Counted from the stretch's first letter, positions 49,342 through 62,409 are shown. The stretch: DNA of 64,000 nucleotides from Carcharhinus amblyrhynchos (GCA_965287045.1 OZ336884.1:16306001-16370000), one strand, 5' to 3'. The notes: a model not told the origin generated them from the letters alone. A program made the numbers and translations.

Positions 49342-50495
49342 AAATCCATGTGCCTGCACAGCAATCAGTGATAGTCACTGAGCTGTCGTCTTGCCCAAGA
49401 ATGCTCAGAGTCCACCAAATGGCTTCTGCCCAAATCACCAGTTTCCAGCAATTCTTCATCAGGCAACAGCAATTCATAGGAGTGTCTCATCCAAGTTAGC
49501 GATGGCCGTAGTTCAACCTTTGCATGTGTGCTTCAATATACCATTTAAGGATCATTTTCACACTGAATGGAAAAGGTGGATGGTTGTCAAAGAAAAGCCT
49601 TCACAAACTTGTGCAAAGTCTTGCTTGATGTTTTGGCATCAAAATGTGCGATGTTATTAGTGCACAAATTATCAAAGTGCAGAATGTCCAATTCAATGGA
49701 TGAAGAGGAAGATGATTTATTGTGGGGGAAGGGGCTGATTCTGAAACTTAAAATGTCATCTCTGATCCAGATTGGAATCTTTATAATATGCCATTGCCAA
49801 AGTGATGAATTCATTCAATCCAACCCTGCATGTTGTCATTGATGAAGCAGCTGAAGTTAATTGGGATAAAATAGAAAATGCTGGAAACACTCAGTTTCTA
49901 GCAATATCAGGTCGTATGGAGAGATAAATGAGAGTTAATGGGGGTAAGTTTTTAGACTTAGTTCCTGGAATGGTGAGGCTATTTGTGGATCAGAATCACC
50001 AATGGAAAGCATGCTTTGCCAAGGCTCTTTCAGTGAGTTGCTGTGTTGACATCTTGTCTCCGGGGTCCCTGGTTAACCAGGGCAAGTGGGCAGGGTGATG
50101 CATCCATTCTGTGAAGAGAAGGACTCTAATTAAAGGGACTGTGACATGGGTTACAATGGCTCACCAGCACATGAATCCTTGAACATGCAACAAGCATAGG
50201 CATGGGGAGGGGAGCTGGAAAAGTTGCTCCTTGGATCTCTCGCTCTTTTGTGGAATTCATGATGTTGCCTTGAGGTGAACTCTATCAAGGGAGGTACCAA
50301 GTGACAGGTACCTTTACAGGGCACTGACAACCTAAATCCTAGGGTTCCAACAGGAAGGAGATTTTCTACCAGACACACAGTTGTGCTGGAGGAAGAATGG
50401 AGCATAAAAAAGAGGATGGTCATGTTGGGGAAGAAATGGAGCAGAATACAAAATTCTAAAATGAATTTGGGCTTCAAGAGAACTAGACTTGGCTT

Positions 50496-50763
50496 AAAGT
50501 TTATTTATTAGTGTCACAAATAGGCTTACATTAACACTGCAATGAAGTTACTGTGAAAATCCCCTTGTCACCACACTCCGGCACCTGTTCGGGCACACTG
50601 AGGGAGAATTTAACATGGCCAATGCACCTAAGCAGCACGCCTTTCAGACTGTGGGAGAAAAGCAGAGCAACTGGAGGAAACTCACGCAGACACAGGGAGA
50701 ATGTGCAGACTCTGCATGAACAATGTCCCAAGCCAGGATTTGAACCCAGATCCCTAGTGCTGT
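50496..50763 (-). mobile_element. V-SINE with Rex-like tail
   Basis: Same structure as 46029-46323. Confidence 0.8.
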
Positions 50764-51780
50764 GCTGGTTCATTATTTTGTTTAGCTGAACAGCAAACAA
50801 CTTTGCACCTGTTAGTGAATGTGAGTTATAAGAACATGAAGGTGTGCGCTGAAAGGCCATTGAAACAATCCATCTCAGATTATTATCCTGGCCCTTTCCA
50901 GGATCCATTTTAATCATTTTTCATTTCAAAGGCAGTAGAAAGGTCACATTCTGAAGTATGAATTTGTTGGACACATAGAAGTGGTCAATGTTGCTCTTAA
51001 TTGTTTACCAGGTGGAAAATGGAGGCAGAAATGATACATTTTACAGGGTAAATCAAACTCTGAGTACCAAGGATATCTTAGAAAAAAAGGTTTGAAGCCA
51101 AATTGACCTTGGGGAAAGCATTTTCAAGAATTGGACAGCCCAGCAAAAGCTGTGGTAAGGCTCCTTGGCTCTGATGTTTCAGCACCCTCGAAATTGGGCT
51201 GCCTTGAGTGGAGCAGTTTCCTCTGCTCTGGTTTTGCCAGTGTAGATGTAGCTTGGCAAATACTCACCCTAGGAGGGTCATGAGTGCTCCCTGCCAACTC
51301 CACAGATCTTTTGCTTGCTTTGTTTGGCTGTTCTCCTGCCCAATCCCTATTACTCTCCACTCCACTGTGACTCATCTGAGGCCACTGCTGGTGAGGCAAG
51401 CAGGCTAAAATTCAATGCACCCAAAGAGAGGGCTGTCTATGGAGGAATGACTGGCACCAATTGTTCACCATATGTCCTGACAGTTTTAAAGCACTAATCA
51501 TTAAAGTGCTGGTAAAAGTAGCCATTACATTATTTGCTCAGGTACATCAGCTAAGAGATTCTTACTTAGAATAGTAAACACTTTATAATTTCCACTGAAT
51601 TGTTATTGCTATAATTATCCTTTTGATGGCAATAAAGTGAAAAATACAAGTTAATTTTTATGGTTCATACATACACATCATGAAATGATCTAAAATCCTA
51701 TCCAATGTAATAGGCAGATGCTGGTGAACAAATACAATGTCCAGACATAATTATATGGGATTCACCATTGCTTTACTGGA

Positions 51781-52106
51781 GGGGTGGCATGGTGGCACAG
51801 TGGTTAGCACTGCTGCCTCACAACGCTAGGGATCCGAGTTCAATTCCTGGCTTGGGGACTGCCTGCGTGGAGTTTGCACATTCTCTCGGTGTCTGCGTGA
51901 GTTTCCTCTGGTGCTCTAGCTTCCTCCCAAGTCCAAAGATGTGCTGATTAGGTGGATTGGCCATGCTAAATTGCCCCTTAGTGTAAGGGGACTAGCTAGG
52001 GTAAATACATGGGGTTATGGGGATAGGGTCTGGGTGGGACTGTGGTCAAGGCGGACTCGATGAGCTGAATGGTCTCCTTCTGCACTGTAGGATTCTATGA
52101 TTTTAT
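51781..52106 (+). mobile_element. HE1-like SINE
   Basis: Full head, core and GATTCTATGA tail. Confidence 0.82.
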
Positions 52107-53149
52107 GAGTGATTTATACAGCGTGACTGTTTTGTGAAATCTGCTTTCAATTTTCATTACTTGCCTGTTGAAGGAGCTGATGTGGCCCTGAAAGCCATTG
52201 TCTACACATTCTAATCTAAATTAATCTTAGTACACTCTTTTCTTTGATAGTTTTTTAAAATCGTATTAGTAGATCCATACATATTTTGGATTAATGGGAA
52301 ATGTGAGTTCCATTGCTTTGCTCTGTAAAGCTTCCAGAGGTGCTGTGAACTGTAATCCTGATTCTACTGTCTGTTACTATGTGTGGTGTTGTATTTCCTT
52401 AATAAATAATAGCATCAGGATGGAAGAACATACTATACTATACAATTACCAGGATAATGTAGCGGTGTTTATTTTAGATGCTGCATCCTTCCATCATTTA
52501 TTATTTAAGGCCTGTGCACACTATATAAAACCATTAGCTGTTCAGACTACCATGAGTATTGAAGACGGGATTGAATTCATATTATATTCTCTTAGACATA
52601 TTGCTGCTATGAAATGTATGACATTATGTAGATAGATTGACAAGAATCTAATTAGCTAAGATAGCCAGCCTAAAAGTTTCAGATATTTAGATTAAAACCA
52701 GTATTGTACACGTTCCAAATATCATTTTATTCCAAAAACATATTTAACGTTTCCTACAATTCCTAATACCAAAATCCATCTGTTTACTAAGATCACACTT
52801 TTTACTTTTGCAAAAAATGGACTAAGCAATTATTAGTTCAATTAATGTGCAGGCGTGTAAGAATCCTGATTACTGTAATAATTCAACTCTTTCTTTCCTT
52901 TACATAACTGTAAAGCCATTCATGGACAACCTCAGATGCGTTGAAGTCCATTTTGCACAATATATGATTAGCACTCCTTTCTCCAAAGTGATTTGAGTCT
53001 AGCCTGAGGTTTGAGGGCAAGTGGTCAAAATGCAACTTGCTTCAAGTTGTTGCTGCTGCCCTGACACGGTCAAATCCCTCGTGTAATGATTTCCACTTGT
53101 TGTTATACAGTTATTTTTTGAGGAAAATTCAGAAGGCCTCGGATGAATT

Positions 53150-53820
53150 ATAGCACTCTTGTCTCTGAATCAGCAGATTGTAATTTCAAGCCCTGCTCCA
53201 GCAATGTGAGCTCATCATTGAGATGAGTACATCAATGCACTGGGGGCAACTCAGGGGAGATGTAAGTATGAATGCACCTACCCGCACGGGTAGAGGGAAA
53301 AGATCCCACATAGCAATTTGAATTCAGGGGACCTCTGGACATTGTTAACAGAAGGATAAATATTGAGAAAAATAGAAGGAGGGGGGTATGGGGGCGTTAA
53401 TTCTAAGTGCCAAACGAGTGTGGAAATTAGGAGAGATTTGTGCCTTTTTTTCAGTGAGCTTTAAGACCCTATCTTATACATAATGCAACAAAAAGAGAAA
53501 CGTGTGATTCATATCAGTGGAGGGAGTGGATGTAGTCTATTCTTGCTGGAGAGCTGGCTGCTCACACTAAAGGGTGTGAAGCCGGTTTTCCGCCTCTCTT
53601 GTGATCTTACTGGCTTGCCATGCCAATCAGCCAACGTGACAAGCCGGTAAAACTGCCCCCTATCTTGATTGCTCTTTGACTGAACTTTCCTTATGCAAAT
53701 TGTCTGCACATCTCCTGCATTAAAACAATGACAACACTTCAAAAATATTCCATTGCCCATAAACAGGTTGGAACATCATGAGGTCATAAATGTGATATAA
53801 ATACAAGTTTGTCCTTTCTT
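53150..53820 (+). mobile_element. Old Deu/SacSINE1-like SINE, interrupted
   Basis: Head GCACTCTTGTCTCTGAATCAG..TTCAAGCCC and 3' end TGAGGTCATAAATGTGATATAAATACAAG. Confidence 0.45.
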
Positions 53821-53827
53821 GATTTGA

Positions 53828-54549
53828 TTGTGCATGAGTCGCAAAAACCCAGCTTGCAGGTGCAGCAGGTGGTCAGGAAGGCGAATGGGATGCTGGCCTT
53901 CATAGCGAGGGGGATTGAATATAAAAGTAGGGAGGTCTTGCTGCAGCTGTATAGGGCATTGGTGAGGCCGCAGCTGGAGTACTGGAGTACTGTGTGCAGT
54001 TTTGGGCGCCGCACCTGCGCAAGGATATTTTGGCCCTGGAGGGAGTGCAGAGGAGGTTTACTAGGCTGATACCGGAGTTGAGGGGGTTGAGCTATGAGGA
54101 GAGGCTGAATAAACTAGGCTTGTACTCGTTAGAGTTTAGAAGAATGAGGGGAGATCTCATTGAGACGTATAAGATGATGAATGGGATGGATAGGATAGAG
54201 GTGGAGAGACTCTTCCCGCTCAAAAAAGACAGTAGGACTAGGGGGCACAGCCTCAAGATAAAGGGGAGGCGGTTTAGAACGGAGTTGAGGAGGAACTTCT
54301 TCACTCAAAGGGTGGTGAATCTCTGGAATTCTCTGCCCGTTGAAGTGGTGGAGGCTGCCTCGCTAAATATTTTTAAGAAGCGGGTTGATGGGTTCTTGAT
54401 AAAAGAGGGGATTAAGGGTTATGGGGAGAGGGCGGGAAAGTGGAACTGAGCCACGACAGATCAGCCATGATCTTATTGAATGGCGGGGCGGGCTCGAAGG
54501 GCTAGATGGCCTACTCCTGCTCCTATTTCTTATGTTCTTATGTTCTTAT
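53828..54549 (+). mobile_element. Young CR1 family A, 5'-truncated, with an 8-bp frameshifting duplication
   Basis: Near-identical to 22495-23206. CTGGAGTA duplicated at 53974-53989. Confidence 0.92.
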
Positions 54550-55042
54550 TCTGTGCATGTGTTTACATATTCTTCATCTCTGGAGGTATGGTGGATAAAT
54601 AATTGTTACTTAGCTCTCCATTACTTGAAGAAATGTTCACTTAGAACTGTATTCTATTCTGCAACAAGTCCAACTTACTCATCATATCTCTTGCGAACCT
54701 GAATCAGCTCCCAATTCTCTAGTCGTACAAATCCTTAATTCCTCAGACTCTGGTCTCTTGTACCCCTTCATCATCTAGTCCCTATGCTGGGAATTCCTTG
54801 CCTGAGTCTCTCTGTCTCTCACTCTCGCTCTTGTATAAAATCCTCCTTAAAGCACCCCCCCCTTTCAGACCAAGCTCAGTTGTCACCCCTCCTAATAAAT
54901 CCTCCTTTGACTTGGCGTTCATTCTTATTCAACTACCCTGCTTTGAAGCAGTTTGCAACATTTTCCTGCATTAAGGTGCTCAACAAAGGCCTGCTGTTGT
55001 TGAATTCTAAAACTGGTTTGCTTTCTTGTCTTTAATTTTTAG

Positions 55043-55259
55043 CTTTCTGAAATATCAGTCAACGTGACCACTGTGGATGGAATTCTGCCTGTGAAAAGGA
55101 AATGCCCACAAAATGGAAAGAAAAAATCAAAATTATCACGGAAATGCCACATTGAGGAAACAACTGAATGTTTTTATATAAACAAAAAAATTATTCTCTT
55201 TACTCTGATGGTTTTTGTTACTGTGATAATAACATGGACTTTACTGTGGGTCTTTGTCT
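55043..55259 (+). CDS. TMPRSS7: TMPRSS7 exon: cytoplasmic tail and type II transmembrane helix (LSEISVNVTTVDGILPVKRK...NKKIILFTLMVFVTVIITWTLLWVFV)
   Basis: TTTTTAG acceptor, T|GTGAGT donor, 217 nt. Resembles the recalled mammalian TMPRSS7 sequence ISNISVQV..LPVRR / NKIILFT..WTLLW. Confidence 0.88.
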
Positions 55260-55569
55260 GTGAGTATTTCACATAACTATTCCCATAGAACAAGTAACTT
55301 AATTCTTAAAGTTTATGGTGTATTAATAATGTATTCAGAAATCAGATTTATTTAAATTGTTAAAAGTGCTGAAAAGCGCAGATTATCTATTTGACCCCAG
55401 TTTAATTTAACACAGACAGGTGTCAGCTTATAAAGCTGAATCCAAAGCATTAAATAATACCCAAACCTAACAGTACAGTTGGTCCATATCGTTGGCAATT
55501 TGTGTTGCAGGGTTAGGGTCTGTGTAGGCATCTTTTTGTATTCAGTTACATTCGTTGCTTAAATATCTC

Positions 55570-56723
55570 TGTTATGTGAGTTGCCCTGTTGCGAAATTCA
55601 AAAGTAGCTGCAGGGTCAGGAACACCAATTCCTGATAAACCTCTGACCTGCCGCACAGGCAACAGCTGGGAACTGGCATATGTGTGGTTCAGATATTGCA
55701 CATTCTCCAGGCTGGGGATTGGCCCTGCATGCCTGGGCACTGGGAAAAAAGATCGGTGCGAAAACCCAGGTCACTGGATATGGAGTGCCACAATCAAATA
55801 AGTGTCCCTGGGGAACGGGGCAATGGAGGGAGATGGGGAAAGGCCCCAAAACAGGGAGGGAGCAGGGAGAGGACCCAGAGGCAGGGATAGATGACAACAA
55901 CAGATCCAGTTGAGTTAAGAAAATGAGAAACAGTCTCCAATTAAACAAAAAGCTGCAGAGGGCAGTCTTTAATTAAAGTGGGTTTGGGAGAATTGCTAAG
56001 CGTCGATGTTTTGTGAGAATCCCTGAAGATTCAAGAAGGCAGGTGATGGTTGGTGAATCTGTGCTGTAGGCCAGTGGGGCAAAGATACTGCTTTGGAGCT
56101 GTGGTGTTCTGCTTGACATGGCCAAAGATCTGAAACTGTACTTGTAGATTTGTGCTCGGGTGCATGCAGAAACCCAGAGGAACAGAATCTCGGAAGGTTA
56201 GATTGAAATCCTGTGAGATGAGCCATCATTAAAGCATCAGGGTGGGAGTGAACTTAGAAGAGAATTTCAGGGTGAGAAAGTGGTGATTGGAAACCCTTGT
56301 GAGAATGATAAAATTTCAATGAGATTAGTTGGCTCAAAGTAACTGATATCTGCGTGAGCTGTTGAGAAATCCATAGAATCTGTTTTGGTTGCATCTGTCA
56401 TTTATTGTGTCATAGAATGTGTTCAACCACAGCTTGCCAGTTCATTCACGCATATCTCATATTTACCCTGAATATTAGAGTATTAAATTGATGTTGTACA
56501 TCTTTCTCAACTTGTAAAGTTTATTTTTGTTTGTTTCAGTGTTATGGAATCTTATGGCTTCAAGGTTTTTTTGTGCCACAAGTAGGCTGACATTAACACT
56601 GCAATGAAATTAATCTTTATTACGTGTCTTAGTAAGTGTTTTAAATCTCAAACCTTAAACAAAATGTTATTGCTTCCTAACTGGATTTCACCCAGAGTTC
56701 AAAGTTTGGCCAAGGATCATAAC
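55570..56723. mobile_element. Possible solo LTR (~1.15 kb)
   Basis: Starts TGTTATG and ends GATCATAAC, the same terminal style as 5636-6402. No clear TSD. Confidence 0.35.
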
Positions 56724-57046
56724 TTTGTCCTATATCATGGTATTTGGGAAATTGTGGAATGGACAATGTATCAGTGACACCATGTTGTGAATCATCTTGT
56801 GATAATTTGTGTCTTCCACTTGTTATCTCATGGTGTCTCTCCAAACTTTCTAAAAGCAGAACAAGAATATACCGTGTGAAATAAAACCTGATACTAATCT
56901 AAACACTACTTAATTTCACAATAAGGTGTACAGAACAATTGTTAACCAGACCAATTACTCAACTCTGTCAGTGCACCACATAATACAAAATAATAAAATG
57001 TCTAAACTGATGATAAAATAAGATGATCTTTAAACTTCCTGTCTAT

Positions 57047-57329
57047 GGGACAGTGGTTAGCACTGTTGCCTCACACAGCCAGGGACCTGAGTTTGATTCC
57101 CACCCGGGTCACCGTCTGTGTGGAGTCTGCACATTCTTCTCAAGTCTGTGAGCATTTTCTCCAGGTGCTCCAGTTTCCTCCCACAGTCAGAAGTTAGGTG
57201 CATTGGCCATGCTAAATTCTCCCTCAGTGTACCTGAACAGGTGCTGGAGTGTGGAGGCTAGGGGATTTTCACAGTAACTTCATTGCAGTGTTAATGTAAG
57301 TCTATTTGCGACACCAATAAACAAACTTA
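57047..57329 (+). mobile_element. V-SINE with Rex-like tail
   Basis: Head and core, then TTCACAGTAACTTCATTGCAGTGTTAATGTAAG..GACACCAATAAAC. Confidence 0.8.
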
Positions 57330-57964
57330 ATTCTAACCTCTCTCAAAAAATCTTACTGGATTTCTTTTAAAACCTGACTGAAGACATGCTTGTCTTTGTT
57401 GCACAGTTTCCTGTCTCCACAGGAATATGAGGCTTTATTCCCAGCTCGTTCCTGCTGTCCAGTGGTTGTGAGCTGAACTGATATCTAATGTGCCACTATG
57501 TCACCTTCCTTTAATTCAACTTCATGTTGCTTAATAGGATTGGACATTTTAGTCCTTGGTGATGTGAGTTGGTAGACTTTGACAAAAAATCCTGTATTTC
57601 CTGATTATCATAGATAGTCCGCCAAAATGAGCAGCTGTTGGGCCAATGCACAATTTTAATTCACAATTTCACACAACCTTTTTTAATCCTGTGTATTCAA
57701 GTAAAATTATTTTGTTTTAATACTCTACCACTTGGAAATGTAACTATTTTCCAAATATATTCTGTGGAAAAATGGTCAAAATACCACAAAATATGATGTT
57801 GCTTGTAGGATAGGTGTCGTTTTTTTCCAGTGGTCTAAGGCTGATGAATATGTTTTTAATCTCATTCATTCAAACTTTTCTGTAATTTTTGCCTCACTTG
57901 AACTAAAATCCTGATAACTTGAAGGCAGGACTATTGGCAAGTACATGAGATAATGGGGTAGATT

Positions 57965-58860
57965 CATAAGATCATAAGATATAGGAGCAGAATTAGGCTT
58001 ATCGAGTCTACTCTGCCATTCAATCATGGCTGCTAAGTTTCTTAACCCCAGTCTCCACCTTCCCTGTAACCGTTGATCGCCTTACCAATTTAGAACTTAT
58101 CTATCTCTGTCTTAAATAGACCCAATGACTTGGCCTCCAAAGCCCACTCTCTGGCTGAAGAAATTTCTTCTCATCTTGGCCCTGAACTCTACTCTGAGTC
58201 TGTGCCCTAGGATCCTAGTCTCTCCTACTAATGGAAACATCTTCTCCACGTTCACTCTACCCAGGCCTTTCAAGATTTGCTAAGGTTCAATGAGATCCTG
58301 CCTCATCCTTCTCTTATTGAGTACAGACCCAAAGTCCTCAAACAATCCTCATACAAACTTTTCATTCCCGGGAACGTTCTCGTAAATTTCCTCTGGACCC
58401 TCTCCAAGGCCAGCACGTCCTTCCTTAGATATGGGGCTCAAAATTTCTCACAATATTCCAAATGTGGTCTGGCCAGAGCCTCATAAAGCCTCAGGAATAC
58501 ATTTCTCTCAAAATGAATGCTAATATTGCACCTGCCTTTCTAACTACCAACTCAACCTACAAGATAACATTAAGAGAATCCTGAATTAGGGCTCCAAAGT
58601 CTCTTTGTGCTTCTGATTTCTGAATTCTCTCCCCATTTAGAAAATAGTCTACGTCTTTTATTCTTCCTTAAAAATAGTGCATAATCTCACACTTTCCCAC
58701 GTTGTATGCCATCTGTCACATCTTTGGTCACTCTCCTAACCTGTCCAAGTCCTTCTGCACCTTCCCACCTCCTTACTACTATCTGTCCCTCTGCCTATCT
58801 TTATATCATCTGCAAACTTGGCCACAGTACCCTTGATTCCTTCATCTAGATCATTGATTC
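57965..58860 (-). mobile_element. Older CR1 3' fragment with (TATGATCT)n tail
   Basis: CATAAGATCATAAGATATAGGAGCAG tail; TCATCTGCAAACTT is the antisense of KFADD. Confidence 0.75.
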
Positions 58861-58974
58861 TCCCTTTATGCAGTTTTTGAGGCAACCAAGAGTGCTGACA
58901 GGAGGGTAAGGTCACACTACCTTGAGGCCCATGGATTCACAGGCAGGAAATAAGCCCTCAGAGCTATTATAATG

Positions 58975-59410
58975 TTCAGTGGTCTAGCAACAGTGCAAGT
59001 CCGTTCTATAAAGTTCTGGTTAGGCTGTATCTGCACCTCAAATGATGTATTGACTTTGAAAGAAGGTGCAGCGCAGATTCACCAAAATAGTATCAGGGCT
59101 TCTGGTCCCGTGGAAGTTGAACGTGTCAAGGGTTCCTAGATGGCGACACAGGTAAGGAATTCCCACTGACTTTGGCAGGGGTGGTACCGGAAGATTCCAC
59201 CAACAGGCTCTGCTGGGCATGGGGGTTGGGTGGAATTTTGCCTTAGATCATTTGAAAATTTTAAAATTAAGATAAATCTTTATTGTTTGGTGAGGGGTAT
59301 GGAACAGAAGTGGATGAATGGAGCAATGGTACAGATCAGCCATGAGCTTAACTGAATGGCCAAACAGATTCAATGGGCTGAATGGCCCACTCCTGTTGCG
59401 ATGTAGCTAT
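58975..59410 (+). mobile_element. Old CR1 3' fragment, interrupted
   Basis: CAGATCAGCCATG...GGGCTGAATGGCCCACTCCTG 3'UTR. Confidence 0.55.
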
Positions 59411-59571
59411 GCCTCAAAACTGGAAAAATGGTCAATATGAAGGGTCTTATTCTTGGGAAATGAGATCTGCTGTTCCACCAGCTCTGGCTATTCTTTTAGA
59501 ACCCAGATGAGCTCCGACTCCATGTTGCCCAGAAAAGTAAATAAATACTTAATTCTGGGCTTCCCTTCAAC

Positions 59572-59819
59572 TGGTCGCTGTCTGTGTGGAGTTTGCACGT
59601 CCTCCCTGTGTCTGCATGTGTTTCTTTCGCATGCTCTGGTTTCCTCCCACAGTCTAAAGATGTGCAGGTTAGGTTGGTTGGCCATGCTGAATTAACGTTA
59701 ATGTCACAGGGATTAGCAGGGTAAATATGAGAGGTTACAGGAATAGGGCCTGGGTGGGATTGCGGTCGGTGCAGACTCAATGGGCCAAATGGCTTCCTTC
59801 TGCATTGTAGGATTCTATG
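59572..59819 (+). mobile_element. HE1-like SINE, 5'-truncated
   Basis: Core plus GGGCCAAATGGCTTCCTTCTGCATTGTAGGATTCTATG tail. Confidence 0.8.
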
Positions 59820-60169
59820 GACAATCAAGTTGTCCTGTTGAGCGCTAAAATTGCAATGGGGTTTACTTCTAACATAGGATCCTGTTTTAAAAACCTAAAC
59901 CAGCTGTATGTTCAAACAGGCCGCCACTGGACCCACTTCTCCCAAGGATCACGACAAACCACGGCAGTGATATGGGAACGGGTCTGTAAAGTCTGTCTTG
60001 TTTTTGTCCTCAAAATCTCCCTCAAGTTTCTCTCTTCAAAGTTTTATTAATCCACTCAGAGAGGTGGAATGACTTGCAAATTGTGCTAGTTGCTTCTGCC
60101 TAATGTGTCCATTTACTTATTCATTTTTAGCAAAAGATTTACTAAAAGTTATTTCTTTCCATTATGTAG

Positions 60170-60300
60170 TGCGGACACAAAACAGTACAGCTTTGTATTT
60201 CGCTGGGTTATTCCGTATAGCTAATGCTGAATTTGTTCCTGAGTATCGAAGAAAGGACTCCCCTGAATTTCTCTCCATGGCAACTAAAATTCAGCACGTG
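60170..60300 (+). CDS. TMPRSS7: TMPRSS7 exon, SEA domain start (RTQNSTALYFAGLFRIANAEFVPEYRRKDSPEFLSMATKIQHV)
   Basis: AG at 60168-60169, GTAAGA donor at 60301, 131 nt, phase-consistent. Matches the recalled TMPRSS7 YFAGMFRITN.EF.PEYR. Confidence 0.9.
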
Positions 60301-60444
60301 GTAAGAAACTTCAATAACATAATAAGATATACAATACATGATAAAATGTGGAAAGTATTCAATGATACTACAGCTACATAATCTGTGAACAAGAAAATTG
60401 CAGGTGGGTTATGTCACATGGAATTATCCCAAGTATTGTGAAAC

Positions 60445-60790
60445 TTTGATTTGATTTATTATTGTCACGTGTATTAACATACAGTGAAAATACAGTGAAA
60501 CAGTATTGTTTCTTGCATGCTATTCAGACAAAGCATACTATTCATAGGGAAGGAAAGGAGAGAGTGCAGAATGCAATGTTACAGTCATAGCCAAGGTGTA
60601 GAGAAAGATTAACTTAATGCAAGATAGGTCCATTCAAAAGTCTGATGGCAGCAGGGAGGAAGGTGTTCTTGAGTTGCTCAGACTTTTGTATCTTTTTCCC
60701 GGTGGAGGAAGATGGAAGACAGAATGTCCAGGGTGTGTGGGGTCCTTAATTATGCTGGCTTCTTTGCTGAGGCAGCGGAAAGTATAGACA
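60445..60790 (-). mobile_element. Rex1/Babar LINE 3' end
   Basis: TTTGATTTGATTTATTATTGTCAC... is the reverse complement of the 40490-40821 end. Confidence 0.75.
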
Positions 60791-61905
60791 GAATGCAGGG
60801 GAAACACTTCTGATACTTGTCAATAGTTTTTATGGTTATTTGTCATGTGATACATGTTTCTCTGATCTGAACAGTTTTACCCAGTATCAGGAGTGTTGGA
60901 TCAAATGTTTTACTCAAACTGTAGACTTGGTACTTGGGTTGGAGTTACTTTGTGAAGTGTCAGAAAGTGACATGCGTGTAATCACAGCTTTGTGCTTAGT
61001 CACTTTTTGTCTTAAATATTCTGATTCATTGTAGCCTTCAAGCTGTGGATTCAGCAGGTATTGTTTAACAGTTTAAATATTGAAAGGCATAAATCCTGTT
61101 CACAAATAATGGTACAGACAGTTCAACCACTAAATTGTGGAAATTATATGTGATGTTGATTATATTTTAAAGCATTTTACATCTTGGTGCAACAACTTTT
61201 GAAATAGTTTTTTAGTTTCCATAGAATTTAAGGGTTGAATGTGAAGGTAGAGAGATAGGATAATGCGATGTAAAATAGGTCTAATCAGATCCTGAAAACA
61301 GCCCAGATGACTAACTACACTGGATGGGCAAAATACCTTCTTTCTTATTAATAATTCTTGCACTATGTTGTTATTACTGCACAAATGGGTAACTAAGTTA
61401 ATATGTGAGGGACAAAAATTGTCTAGTTTAGTATATAAGTAAACAATTGGTTTTTAGTGGGTCAGACTGAAGTTTAACTGTGAAACCATAGAAATGGTTC
61501 CATAGAAACCACGGTATTGTATTATATACTTTCATTCATGGTCTTGCAGTGAAAAATACAGAAAAATTTTTACAATCTACAGGAACAGTAACAGTTTCAC
61601 AGTAACTTCATTGCTGCATTAATGTAACCTTTACTTGTGACTCATAAATAAACTTTTAAAATAAAATTATCACTATGATCTGAGAGTTTCCATGGGCATA
61701 AAAATATTTTAATCAAATTGTAGACTTGATACTTGGGTTGAAGTTATTTTGTGATGGTTCAGTAAATGATATGCGTGTAGTCACAGCCATGTGTTTACAG
61801 GCATTTTTTTGTCTTACATATGCCATTTTAAAGCATTTCTCTATTCCTGGATTAATTCTTTTTTATCTGTTGCACTTTGAGTTTTGTGTTTTTCTGTTCT
61901 TTTAG

Positions 61906-61973
61906 ATGAACAATGTTTATCAGAAGTCGCTTTTCTCCAAGTTATACAAGCAATCAACTATTTCTGACTTGAG
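61906..61973 (+). CDS. TMPRSS7: TMPRSS7 exon, SEA domain (MNNVYQKSLFSKLYKQSTISDLS); gene continues beyond the window
   Basis: Long pyrimidine tract plus AG at 61904-61905, AG|GTATTG donor, 68 nt. Resembles INLVY..SAFSKFY.QS..AD.S. Confidence 0.85.
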
Positions 61974-62409
61974 GTATTGTGTTTCATGGGTGTGTTCATT
62001 ATAAGGATTGAATGCTGACTTCTTGGAATGCAGAAATTGTACAGTGTTACCTAATAGTCCTCAGGCAGTTGGAGAATAAAGCGTCAAATAGCATGGATGG
62101 GATTCCCTCCGGGATCCAGCCCATCTGGACCCAGACATGACTTTATAGTGGAGTGGGCAAAGCCTTGGATAAGAAGATCATCTATGGCCCACCCCTATTA
62201 AGTTGCCATTAAGTTGCCAGTCAAAGGCCTGATGGGCCTTTTCCCACCCAGCCCAATTTTTAGGCTGGCGGGCACCCAATGATTGAAGATGGGAAACAGG
62301 AAGTTTTAAGAACCTTGATCTCAGGTGGGAAGGGAAATTGGAAAACCCTTCAGACTGGGGGCACCCTCCCCTCAGAGACTGGGGAGCGCCCTGCCCTCAG
62401 GCACCTGGG

